Below, in pieces: positions 41,920 through 55,445 of a stretch of 64,000 nucleotides of DNA. Numbering within the stretch: the first letter of the stretch is position 1; each line of letters opens with the position of its first letter. The stretch spans positions 70,494,001 to 70,558,000 of the forward strand of contig OZ024743.1 of NCBI GenBank assembly GCA_964016885.1. Reading direction: 5' to 3'. Origin of the DNA: Eledone cirrhosa (lineage: Eukaryota). A program made the position numbers and the translations under genes. The notes under the pieces are model-generated. The model had not been told where the DNA came from and did no database searches. It worked only from the letters and a program-made list of their open reading frames with translations.

Positions 41920-43102
41920 AAAAGATGAATATAAAATGAAAGTGCTTTTATAAAGGAATTTATTAGGTATTGACATATGTTTCTGTAACAGACGGAATAC
42001 CTATGTATCGCTGCTTGCGTAATCATATAATATTAGCACGTAATCGATAGCAAATGTATAATCAGTTGTCACTTCTTCAGAGATATTGGATAAATTGGAA
42101 AAAATCATAAAAATCAAAGTATTTATATTAGTTGTAAGAAAGGTAGAGGAGTGGGAACAGTATATGACAGATGGCAATTCAATTTGCTGGTAAACAAGTG
42201 TATAGAAGGTTTTTAATGAGAATACAATGAGTATATGGCTTATTTTATCTAAATAAGAATTTTTGGGAGTGCCTATTTTAATTTATATTTGACCAGTTGA
42301 ACAATGGACAGGGCTGGTGGTTTGGTGTAGTAGTATTAATACATTAATACAGATATAAAGTGTCAAGTAAGGAAGAGAGATTTTCACTGCTACTGTATAA
42401 CAACAATGCTGGTAGCCTGGTGGTATATGCTTTAGGGAATTGAATTGATAAAGCTTATTTTATCTATAGAATTTTATATTAAATGATAAAGAATAGAAGT
42501 GTTGATAGAATTAAAACTAATAGAGAATGTTAATATGTATTTTGACAATCAAACGGAGATGGAGACAGGCGTTCAATCCTGGTAGCGTTTGTAATATGAA
42601 AATGTAGATTTCAAGCGATGATTACAGTATAACGATCGCTCTATTCTGTTATTTAATAAAATATTTTTGGATTTCATAATACAAAATATTTCCATATTAC
42701 ACAATCTACAAAGTTTCTGTCCATGAAAATGCAGGGGCAGCACTATTATATCCCATTTTAGGTTAAATTGTTGGTTATTTTCGCGCAGCTGCCAAGCCTT
42801 GTCTGCGAGGGTTGTTACATAACGCTGGTTTTCATGTTTTATCGAGTAGCGATGTCTATAAAAGCGAGATTTGAAGGAGGTAGCTGTAGACCCCACATAG
42901 TACCACATCTGGGTACCCGATTCGATAGTACATTTGTATATGATGTTGCGTTCAAGACACTGATTATTCAACGGACACATTCCTGGTTGGACACAGTTAC
43001 AGTTATAATTATGCGGTGTTGTAATACCATGGATGGGTTAATGAGGTTGCTTAGGCAGGTCGGGATGTTGTTTGTTGTTTTGTGATGTTATAGCCGATGT
43101 TT

Positions 43103-43110
<8 letters not shown>
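41920..43110 (-). mobile_element. 3' fragment of the same Naiad-like family as 30119-35191, with undeleted GIY-YIG C-terminus and hammerhead (41972-42080)
   Basis: ORF 42573-42980 retains KLCRLCNME..LLN..CNH; (TA)n flanks. Confidence 0.92.
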
Positions 43111-43160
<50 letters not shown>

Positions 43161-43167
<7 letters not shown>

Positions 43168-43781
43168 ATAAATTAACGGAGGCATAGGCCCTTGCTATTC
43201 CCTGTAAATAATGTGCCCAAAGGAGAAGAAATCCTGAGCTCTTTAAAATACAATATGTTGAAAAGGTAACACACCAGAGAGAGATATACAGTGCGTTATC
43301 AATAAAACAGGGAAAAAAACCCACCAGTGTATGGAATCTATAACCTATGAAAGGCAGACTATAGACACGATAATTAAAAATATAAATTAAAGCGTAAATA
43401 AATACCTCTATAACTATATAACAGACGTACAAATCCAAAGACACTAATCCAAAGATATGTTTCACCAATAATTTGTTGAAAGAAATGGGTTAGCCTCGGT
43501 TCATCAGCGTGTGTAAGGCTATACATTTCAGACAACACTAAGAGAATTTTAAAATTAACTGTCCAGCTACACGTGGGAGAGAGAAGTCACAGCGTGTTTA
43601 AGGGCAGTGATTCAGTGGCCTCTGACGGACGAACTGCTAGAAAGGGCAGCCCAAAGCCACTCAGAGAAGTGTGCTCAACTAAACAGAGATAGGAAAGACT
43701 GTTATTAGGAGCGAAATATCACGATAAATTAACGGAGGCATAGGCCCTCGCTATTCCCTGTAAATATGCTCTCCCACATCC

Positions 43782-43790
<9 letters not shown>
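43161..43790 (-). mobile_element. Non-coding hammerhead unit with ~50-bp terminal direct repeats (period 556 bp)
   Basis: 43161-43210 repeats at 43717-43766; minus 43421-43514: acacacg CTGATGA accg..tggt GAAA catatc..gatttg TA cgtctgt. Confidence 0.75.
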
Positions 43791-43875
<85 letters not shown>

Positions 43876-44119
43876 AGATGATACGCGGTATTGGCAAAGT
43901 TGTTAGAACATTGAATGGAATATTTGTGGTATTCATTCCGACTCATTGTGGTCCCTGATTTCAAATTCCACCGGGTTAATTTTACCTTCCATCCTTTCGA
44001 AGAAGAAATCGGCAGTGTTCAGTCCTGTCAAGGGATAGACTCCGCCAGGTTTAAGATGCCAAGACACGCCATATATATATCAATACGGCACCCCTACGAC
44101 ACCATCAGGATTTCCGAAT

Positions 44120-44496
44120 ACATACAGTAATGCACCTTGCACCGAGCACTCATCGTCGGTGAGGTTTTCCCCAAGGACATCATGCCATTGCTTCCGCTCC
44201 AACCCTACTCGCCACATTTTGCACCTGTGGACTATTTCCTTTTCCCGAAGATAAATATCAAGCTTAAACGTCGCCGTTTTAACACTTTTGCCGAGATACA
44301 ACACGAATCGCAGAAGATTCTCGACAAGCTTGCAAAAGATGACTTCTAGGCCATTTCCAGGGGTGGTAGAAACGCTGAGACCGGTGCATTGCTGCGCAAG
44401 GGAACTATTTCGAAGGAAATTGTCTTTAAACATATGTAAATAAAGACCTTTTTGAAATAAAGAGCTACTTAGGAAACGTTTTGACTTACCCTAGTT
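44120..44496 (+). mobile_element. Mariner transposase 3' remnant with right TIR
   Basis: QPYSPHFAPVDYFLFPKI..LKRRRF (YSPDLAPxD motif); ttttgacttacccta terminus. Confidence 0.85.
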
Positions 44497-44654
44497 CGCA
44501 CATACATACATACATGATGGCTGCCCCCTCGTTATCGAGTATGGCCTTTGCACGAGGAAAAAAATAAATAAATAAATAAATTTAAAAAAATAAATAAATA
44601 AATAGATAAAAATTAATAAATAAATAAAAAAATAAATAAATAAATAAATATATA

Positions 44655-44700
<46 letters not shown>

Positions 44701-44959
44701 CATACACATACGTATACATACATACACACACACATATATACACACACACATATACATTAATAACAATAATAATAATAACAACAATAATAATAATATACAT
44801 ATACATATATATATACACATACACGCACATACTTCTCCTAGAAGAATGCCCTGACAAAGGTTAGGGGTCCTTCACTCCCAGTGGTTTAACCGCGCGGTAC
44901 ATGTCTATATACATATTTACACACTTTCGGATGCCCGTTGACTCTTATGAGTTCTGTTG

Positions 44960-45590
44960 AGCATTCCACAGATACGTGTAACCATGACGTAGTTTTCTGG
45001 GATATCCAGAATGATAACCTGTTGAATTACAGGTACAACCTGTTGAATCTCAGGTACAGCTGAGAAGCCTGAAGCAACCTGAAATAAAGTATCTTGCTGA
45101 AGGACACAACGAGCTACTCTGGAATCGAACGCACGACTTTACGATCGTGAGCCTGGCAGCCTAACCAATAATTCACACATCTTCACAATATATAATTGTT
45201 TCTACTTTTGGCACAAGGCCAGCAATTCTCCAGTGTATTGCTGGTACTTTATTTTACCGACCCCGTAAGGCTGAAAGGCAAAATTAACATCGGTGGGATT
45301 TGAACGCAGACCATAAAGGGCCGTAACTTTTTGCTGCAAAGCATGGCGTCCGACCCTCTATCGATACTGCCAATATCGATTGACAGTACCGGTGGAACGT
45401 CGAAAAACATAATTTATGGCATAGAAATACGACCCTTTACGATCTGAGTTCAAATCCTGTCGAGTTTAGCTTTGCCTTTCATCCTTACGGGGTCGATAAA
45501 ATGAAGTACCAGTAATACACTGGGGTTGATTTAATCAACTTTCCCCTCCCATAAAAATCTGTTGGCCTTGTGCCTAAATCAGAAACCAAT
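44960..45590. mobile_element. SINE cluster: OR-like (-, 44960-45190), OK-like (-, 45195-45375), OK-like (+, 45380-45590)
   Basis: Family bodies; the two OK copies are head-to-head. Confidence 0.8.
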
Positions 45591-45979
45591 ATCACGACAA
45601 AAAAAAATGAAAATAAAAAGAAAAGGAAACAGAAAAAGCAGGAAAAAATGGCGGATTATTTGGGTAGGGGCAAATCCTACCCCTTCACTGCACAGACATA
45701 CTACAGCTGCACCCTAGGGATAAGTTGGAGAAAACATTGCTGTTGTGGAGAACAGCCAGTGATACACACTGCATCAATTACTCCATTTTGTTAGAGTCCC
45801 GCACGACTCAATGGCGACCTACATGAGAAGTAAAGCGGCGAGTTACTATTTTAGTACAAGATATATAATATATTAATACTCTCCCTGAGATAATAGTTCT
45901 TGTCGTGTTCAGTTACAAATCATAGAATTCTTATTTATTCCACGGAATTATATTTTAGCATTAGTTTCCTCTACACCCA

Positions 45980-47075
<1,096 letters not shown>

Positions 47076-47509
47076 ACTTACTAAAACCCTCTTTGAGAAA
47101 TGCAGCTTACACGGGCGCCTTTCTTTTTTAATGTAAGTGTATTTCGATCATAATAATTTCTAATATGGTATATCCAGTTCATTCTGGTATATTCCACTGT
47201 ATTCTGGTGCATTCTTGTACTGAAAAGATGCGATTTATTCCCAGAAAAGCCATGCAGTTGGTAATGGATGCACTTTAGTCGGTAGTACGGAAGATTTTGT
47301 TGGTGTTATGTGTTTGCTTTTTCTGTCTTTCTGACCAGAAGACAATGGACAGAAAGTTATATCAATCAATATGACAGGGTGTTGTTACTCTAATCTGTTA
47401 TGACAATGTTCTATGTATTTCTCATTAGTTTATATACAGCTGTCATGTCTTATTGTCGTTCACTCTTCACTTGGTTTCGGTTTTACATTTTTTGCTTATT
47501 TTCGAGTAT

Positions 47510-48490
47510 TGTTGGTGGTGTTGATGGTGATGGTGATGTTGGTGATGGTGGTGATGTTGGTGATGGTGTTGGTGGTGATGGTGTTGATGGTGTTGGTGGT
47601 GATGGTGATGTTGGTGATGGTGTTGGTGTTGGTGGTGATGGTGTTGGTGGTGATGGTGTTGATGGTGTTGGTGGTGATGGTGATGTTGGTGATGGTGTTG
47701 GTGATAGTGGTGATGGTGATGTTCGTGATGGTGTTGGTGTTGGTGGTGATGGTGATGGTGTTGGTGGTGATGGTGATGGTGATGTTGGTGTTGGTGGTGA
47801 TGATGGTGGTGTTGGTGGTGATGGTGGTGATGGTGATGTTGGTGTTGGTGGTCATGGTGATGTTGGTGATGGTGGTGATGGTATTGATGGTGTTGGTGGT
47901 GATGGTGTTGGTGATGGTGGTGATGGTGTTGATGGTGTTGATGGTGATGGTGATGTTGGTGATGGTGTTGGTGTTGATGGTGTTGTTGATGGTGATGTTG
48001 GTGATGGTGGTGGTGATGGTGTTGATGGTGTTGATGATGGTGATGTTGGTGATGTTGTTGGTGATGGTGGTGATGGTGATGTTGGTGTTGGTGGTGATGG
48101 TGTTGGTGGTGATGGTGTTGATGGTGATGGTGTTGATGTTGGTGTTGATGGTGATTATGTTGGTGGGGTTGTCAGTGTTGTGTTGATGGTGAGAATGGTG
48201 GTGCTTGTAGTGATGGCGCGTGGGGGGGGGGGGGTAATGGTAGTGATTCTAGTGATGTGGTAGTGGTGTTGGTGAATGAGGTTAGGGCGGTGGTGATATA
48301 GATGGAGGATTCTGGTGATGGTAGTGAAAATTGACGTGATGCTGGTACGGATGGTAACGGTTGGGGTGATGTTGGTTGTATTGATGGAGTGATATAGATG
48401 GCGCTGATATCGGTACTGTTTGTGGTGCTGGTTGTGTCAATGGCGGTACTCATTGTGTTGATGGTTTTGGGGGTAACTTTAGTGGTGGTC
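47510..48490. repeat. GGT/GAT/GTT low-complexity tract
   Basis: Direct reading. Confidence 0.9.
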
Positions 48491-49735
48491 TTCTTCTTCT
48501 TCTTCTTCTTCTTCTTCTTCTTCTTCTTCTTCTTCTTCTTCTTCTTCTTCTTCTTCTTCTTCTTCTTCTTCTTCTTCTTCTTGTCGTCGTATGGCATATA
48601 CACAATGTTTAGAAAGACAGATCAATATTGGTGAAGTAGACTAAGTAAAGGCGTCACTTGTAGTATTATTGATTGCCTCCAGGCCATTGGAGCAATCCCG
48701 AACAACATGTAGCACGGTCTGGTCAGAGTCCCCACTGTCACATGCTGCACCATCCCTCACCCTCCATCGACGGAGATGATGGGCCACCCTGGAATGCTCT
48801 GTGAGGATCCGATAAAGGGACACCCATTGCTTTCTAGGAAGGCCGAAGCCGGCTGGTTTATAAGTGGGGTCCTGGATGAGGTCTTGGTTAGCAAGTGGGG
48901 TCCTGGATGAGGTCTTGGTTAGCAAGTGGGGTCCTAGATGAGGTCTTGGTTAGCAAGTGGGGTCCTGGATGAGGTCTTGGTTAGCAGTGGGGTCTTGGAT
49001 GAGGTCTTGGTTAGCAAGTGGGGTCCTAGATGAGGTCTTGGTTAGCAAGTGGGGTCCTGATGAGGTCTTGGTTAGCAAGTGGGTCTTGGATGAGGTCTTG
49101 GTAGCAAGTGGGGCCCTAGAGGAGGTCTTGGTTAGCAAGTGGGATCTTGGATGAGGTCTTGGTTAGCAAGTTGGGTCCTGGATGAGGTCTTGGTTAGCAA
49201 GTGGGGTCCTGTATGAGGTCTTGGTTAGCAAGTGGGGTCCTGGATGAGGTCTTGGTTAGCAAGTGGGGTCCTGTATGAGGTCTTGGTTAGCAAGTGGGGT
49301 CCTGGATGAGGTCTTGGTTAGCAAGTGGGGTCCTAGATGTGGTCTTGGTTAGCAAGTGGGGTCCTAGATGTGGTCTTGGTTAGCAAGTGGGGTCCTGGAT
49401 GAGGTCTTGGTTAGCAAGTGGGGTCCTGGATGAGGTCTTGGTTAGCAAGTGGGGTCCTGGATGAGGTCTTGGTTAGCAAGTGGGGTCCTGGATGAGGTCT
49501 TGGTTAGCAAGTGGGGTCCTAGATGTGGTCTTGGTTAGCAAGTGGGGTCTTGGATGAGGTCTTGGTAAGCAAGTGGGGTCCTAGATGAGGTCTTGGTTAG
49601 CAAATTTGGACTCATTCCATGATCATCGCTACTCTTCCTAGAGATCAAAGTTATTGTCTTGATTGATCTTCATTGATTCCCAGAATGGGAATATTTTGGT
49701 TGTTGGAATGGTAGGATCTGAGATGGTGACAGTAA
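48488..49735 (-). mobile_element. 3' end of non-LTR retrotransposon (Ingi/Vingi-like, tentative) with (AAG)n tail
   Basis: PFWES..SWNESKFANQDLIQDPTYKPAGFGLPRKQWVSL..W..CDSG..QTVLHVVRDC. Confidence 0.75.
48862..49604. repeat. 31-bp minisatellite, ~24 copies, inside the LINE ORF
   Basis: Unit gggtcctggatgaggtcttggttagcaagtg. Confidence 0.97.
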
Positions 49736-51000
49736 TGGTGTCCGGTGATTGTGGGGATGGTGGTGGTGACAGTGTCGGTGGTGTTAATGGTTCTGATGAA
49801 CGTGGTATTGCTGATGGTGTTTGAGATGGTGGTAATGATGGTGATGTTGGTTGTGGCGGTGGTGGTGGTGGTGATGGTATTGATGATGGTGATGTTGGTG
49901 ATGGTAGTTGTGGTGGTGGTTGAGATGGGGTAATGATGGTGATGTTGGTGGTGGTGGTGGTGATGATGGTGATGGTAATTGTGGTGGTGGTTGAGATGGG
50001 ATGATGATGGGGATAGTGGTGGTGGTGATGGTAGTTGTGGTGGTGGTTGAGATGGGGGTGATGATGGTGATGGTAGTTGTGGTGGTGGTTGAGATGGGGG
50101 TGATGGAGATAGTGGTGGTGGTGGTGATGGTGATGTCAGTTGTGATGGTGTTTGAGATGGGGATGATGGTGATAGTGGTTGTGGTGGTGTTGAGATGGTG
50201 GTGGTGGTGATGGTGGTGATGATGGTGATGGTAGTTGTGGTGGTGGTTGAGATGGGGGGTGATGATGGGGATGGTGGTGTTGGTGGTGGTGGTGGTGGTG
50301 GTGGTGGTGGTGGTGGTGGTGGTGGTGGTGGTGGGGTGGTGGTGGTGGTTTTTGGTGGTGGTGATGGTGGTGGTGGTGGTGGTGGTATTGATGGTGGTGA
50401 TGGTAGTTGTGGTGGTGGTGGTGGTGGTGGTGGTGGTGATGGTGGTTGAGATAGGGGTGGTGATGATGATGGTAGTTGTGGTGGTGGTGGTATTGATGGT
50501 GATGTTGGTTGTGGTGGTGGTTGAGATGGGGTTGATGATGGTGATGGTGATGGTAGTTGTGTGGGGGGGGGGGGGGTTGATGGTGGTGATAGTGGTGATG
50601 TTACTTGTGGTGGTGGTTGAGATGGGGGTGATGATGGTGATGGTTGAGTTGATGGTGGTGTTGAGTACAGTGGTGGTAATGATGGTGATGGATTTAATGG
50701 TGATAGTGTTAATAATTTTGGTGATGGTGATATAGATGGTAGTGATAATGATGGCTGTGGTAGTGATGGTAGATAAGGGTGTTAGTGTTGGTGATTGTAA
50801 TAAACGTGGAACTGATAGTGTCGATAATAGAGATAGTGTTGGCGGCTGGGGTATTGATGCTGGCGATGGTGATTCCGGTGTTGGTTGTTATGATGGTATT
50901 GCAGGTCATGATTGCATTGATGGTGGTGATTGTAGAGATGGAGGTGGTTGTATTGATGGTAGTTGTGTTGGTGGTGGTGGTGTTGATAGTGAAGGAGTTG
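49735..51000. repeat. GGT/GAT low-complexity tract
   Basis: Direct reading. Confidence 0.9.
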
Positions 51001-51199
51001 TCTGTGTTGGTAAAAGGGGACATCTGTTGTTACAGTTCACACCTGCTTAGATTTAACGAAGTCGCCTTCCCTTTGATGTTACATCATAAAAGGATTCCTG
51101 GATGTTTGAGCAAGATTATAGAAAGTACAAAGTTTTAGCAGATATCTGAATGCATATCTAACGCTCTAACAATGTTATGTTGCCAACACATCAACGTTT

Positions 51200-51545
51200 A
51201 CTGGTACTTGTTAACAATTCTGCTGCCAATTCACCAGCTTGGATTGATACTTGCTAACTAGCAACTCCACTTGTTCACCAATTTAGTCTATTACATGCCA
51301 ACAGCCCTGCAAATTCACCGGCTTAGATTGGTACCTGATGACTAACAGCTCTGCCAATTCACCAGCTTGGATTGGTACCTGATGACTAACAGCTCTGCCA
51401 ATTCACCAGCTTGGATTGGTACTTGTTGACCAACAACTCAAACAATCCACCAGCTTGGGTTGGTACTTGATGACCAACAGCTCAGACAATTCACCAGCTT
51501 CGACTAATACTTGCTGACTAACAGCTCAGACAATCCACCAAATGG
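51200..51545. repeat. Degenerate 44-bp minisatellite, ~7-8 copies
   Basis: Unit aattcaccagcttggattggtacctgatgactaacagctctgcc. Confidence 0.85.
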
Positions 51546-51883
51546 GCCTGGTAGTCTGTTGAATCGGCAGATATTTTAGAAAGTACCAATCTCGCGTAAT
51601 CGACTAATACTTTAATGATCCCTAAAGAAGGAAAGGTGAAGTTAACCCCAATGAAAGATGAATTCAAAACCGGGACAAACACTGCAAAACATTTATTCTA
51701 TCAGAACCTCTAACGACTATGAGAGTGGGGGTCTCACTATGCGCTTTAAGGACACTGGCTGGCACTGCTTCCTCTATATTTCAATGGTGCCCCGTCAGAT
51801 TTATGGTGATATATTTATTCCGAAACTTCGCTTTAGAATAATTGCGAATTAGAGTGTCTACACAGAATATTCTATATACACAC

Positions 51884-51985
51884 CTTGACCTCGGCGCATT
51901 AAAACCTGGCAATGGGCTTCACCAACTGCAATGTTACTGTCAATATACGATGAGTTAACGAGATTTTTCAGACGTTCAAGGACCC
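51884..51985 (-). CDS. Candidate 102-bp internal exon of an unidentified host gene
   Basis: Acceptor tttatttatgctacag|GG, donor CAAG|gtgtgt, open phase 1-1 frame VLERLKNLVNSSYIDSNIAVGEAHCQVLMRRGQ. Confidence 0.4.
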
Positions 51986-53092
51986 CTGTAGCATAAATAA
52001 AGTTAAATAAAAATGCACACAATATTTTCAGAGTTCTGAAGAATCTTTGCCTGAGAATCTTATCTTCCACTACAAAGCACTTCCGGTCGTTTCAAAATAT
52101 TTGTTAAAACTGGCGGAAAACCCGCTGGGTCTCTTAATTATTTATTTTTTCACAATTTTTTTATTTTTTATGTAAATACCACGTCTGTCATATAGGCCTG
52201 TCATTTCAGATTATTGAAGGATTGTTGTTGCGGTTGTTGTTGCTGTTGTTTGTCGTTGTGTATCATTTCAGGTTGTTGTTGTTGCCGTTGCCGTTGAGGT
52301 TTCCTTCGTTGTCGTCGTTGCTATTGTTTGTCTTTGCTGTCGTTGTCATCGTAGTTGTTGTTGTGTATCTAGGACTGTATCATCTCGTGATCCTTATTAC
52401 TCCCACTTTTTAATAAAAATGGTAGGGTGTGAAACAAAATTTGTTTTCGCTCTAACATAATGGATACGTGAATGCATTCGTGAGTTTTATATCGAATAGT
52501 GATAATATTCGATTCGTTTGCAAGCAATTTTTTTTCTAGCAGTATCAGAGAAAAAGAATCGACAATTGTTTCAGTGGTTAGAGAATTGGATTCACAATTG
52601 TGAGGTTGCGAATTCAATTCCCAGACTGAGCAATGCATTATGACCTTGGGCAAGACACTTTATTTCTTGTTGCTCTTTCTGCCAGGAGTTGCGACTGGTA
52701 GATAGTACCAGCAATGGAAAGACCAACGGAAACATTGTTTCCTTGGTCCAGTTTGACGAGTTCCACCTCACTTGGTACACAAGTGAGGTCTGGGAACTTG
52801 TTGATTGAATAAAAAAAACGTAATATTTTTCCTTCATATTAAATCAGTTACTTACATATCTGCAGGTTGTGGACTGGCAGATTTGTCAGAGCAGATGAAC
52901 ACACCCCACCAAAAAAACAGAGAGAGAAAAATCATGAGCTATTGAAGAATAATAAGTCTCCTATATTTTACGTTATGTTTTATATCGAATAGTGATAATA
53001 TTCGATTCGTTTGCAAGCAATTTTTTTTCTAGCAGTATCAGAGAAAAAGAATCGACAATTGTTTCAGAGTGTAACAGAAAAGGAGAGAAACA

Positions 53093-53135
53093 CAATCTTA
53101 ACAAAGGGCAACAACCCTGAAACAATTGTCGATTG
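53093..53135 (+). ncRNA. Degenerate minimal hammerhead (U3-A8 plus G5A)
   Basis: caatc TTAACAA aggg-caacaa-ccct GAAA caattg TC gattg. Confidence 0.6.
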
Positions 53136-53248
53136 TTTCTATTTGCTACCGCTAGAACAAAGGGATGACAATAGTCGTCTCAAACACATTGACCTTATGA
53201 AGCTGTTTGCTTGCAAACGAATCGAATGTTATTATTATTTGATGTAAA

Positions 53249-53435
53249 AGGCGGTGGATTGGCAGTATCGGTAGAGGGTCAGACGCCATACTTTGCAGCA
53301 AAGAGTTACAACCCTTTATGAGAATTTAAATCCTGCCGAGGTTAACTTTGCCTTTCATCCTTACGGGGTCGATAAAATAAAGTACTACACTGGGGTAATA
53401 GCTGGCCTTGTGTCAAAAGTAGAAACAATTATTAT
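53249..53435 (+). mobile_element. OK-like SINE
   Basis: Family body. Confidence 0.85.
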
Positions 53436-53574
53436 TTGATGGTTGGGTGGGATTTTTAGTTCTACCCTCTGCTATTTTATACAAGTCGAGCTTTCGTAAA
53501 CTGTCTTGTGATATTGTTTAATATTGATCCACCACACCTATGGTCAATAGTGTTCCATCCGTGACCATCCTGTC

Positions 53575-54010
53575 ACGACGAACTGTGACTCGTTCTCTAT
53601 CTCTAAGCTTGTCACTTCGACCACCACAAACTCAGGCTCCACTGTTCGCAATGCGGAGGAGAGATAACGGGGCCTGGCCAAGCGCTTCTTTTTTGCACCG
53701 ATTTCCATCGAGACCTCTGGCATCCTTGGTCCCCACACTGCTGATTTCCTCCGTAAAATAGGTAAGACGGCAACCCGCTTGAGGAGAGAGCCCCATGCGG
53801 TGGGCTAGCTGTTGCAACGGATGTCTCGGGCCATCCTCCGTGGTAACACGTTTGGCGTTTTGTCCGCGGAGCATGGCTGAGTCCCCGCTCAGACTAGGGG
53901 TGTAGTGATTGTCCACCACTTTCTCCGTTTCTTTCGTTGCTTGACCCTTCTTTCCTTTTCTTTTTCACCGTTTCAGTTTCTTTTCCTTTTTTGTTTCTTT
54001 TAATAGTCTG
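53575..54010 (+). mobile_element. 3' remnant of CRE-like (restriction-like endonuclease) non-LTR retrotransposon
   Basis: FFFAPISIETSGILGPHTADFLRKIG..REP..LLQRMSRAILRGN, two in-frame stops. Confidence 0.75.
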
Positions 54011-54465
54011 TTTTATTTATCATAGTATATCTAGGAAAAGGCGGTGAATTAGAGAATGTTCAGTTTTCTTTCTCACTCTGTGCTCTCTGCGTTCAAATAC
54101 CGCCAATGTCAACTTTGCCTTTTATCGTTTCGAGGTTGGTAAGGGGAAGATAAGCTCTGTCAAGTTTAAAGTGCCCAAACCACGCCGTATGTCACGGCGA
54201 CGCTTCTACGACCCTGTCAAGAGTTACGGGTCCATACATATATATACACTGTATCCAGGCTTACAATATCTGTTTCCTCCCTGCTTTTATTTTTCAGGAC
54301 GTAGGATGTGAATTGAGGGAGGGTTGTTTTCTACCTTTAGCAAGACAAGCGACCACATAGTGTCTTCCTCGGCTAGCTCATGACATTTCAGTTTCAATAA
54401 GATAAAAGAAAGTTCTATATCGTTTGGTTGATACTGTGTCAGTGTGAGGGAAACAGACGTCTTAC

Positions 54466-54481
54466 CTTGAACCCTGGCCAT
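54466..54481 (-). CDS. Candidate first coding mini-exon (MARVQ-G)
   Basis: gaaaaagaaacATGGCCAGGGTTCAAG|gtaaga strong donor, phase 1, compatible with 51884-51985. Confidence 0.3.
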
Positions 54482-54489
54482 GTTTCTTT

Positions 54490-55445
<956 letters not shown>

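Noticed and set aside
45700-45830. Minus-strand segment with exon-like splice signals (similar case at 51040-51145)
   Set aside because: Stops in all three frames; cannot extend the candidate gene
48862-49604. Regular 31-bp array as CRISPR
   Set aside because: No unique spacers, no cas genes, eukaryotic LINE context
51200-51545. CTGATGA in tandem 44-bp units as a retrozyme array
   Set aside because: No GAAA box or compatible stems
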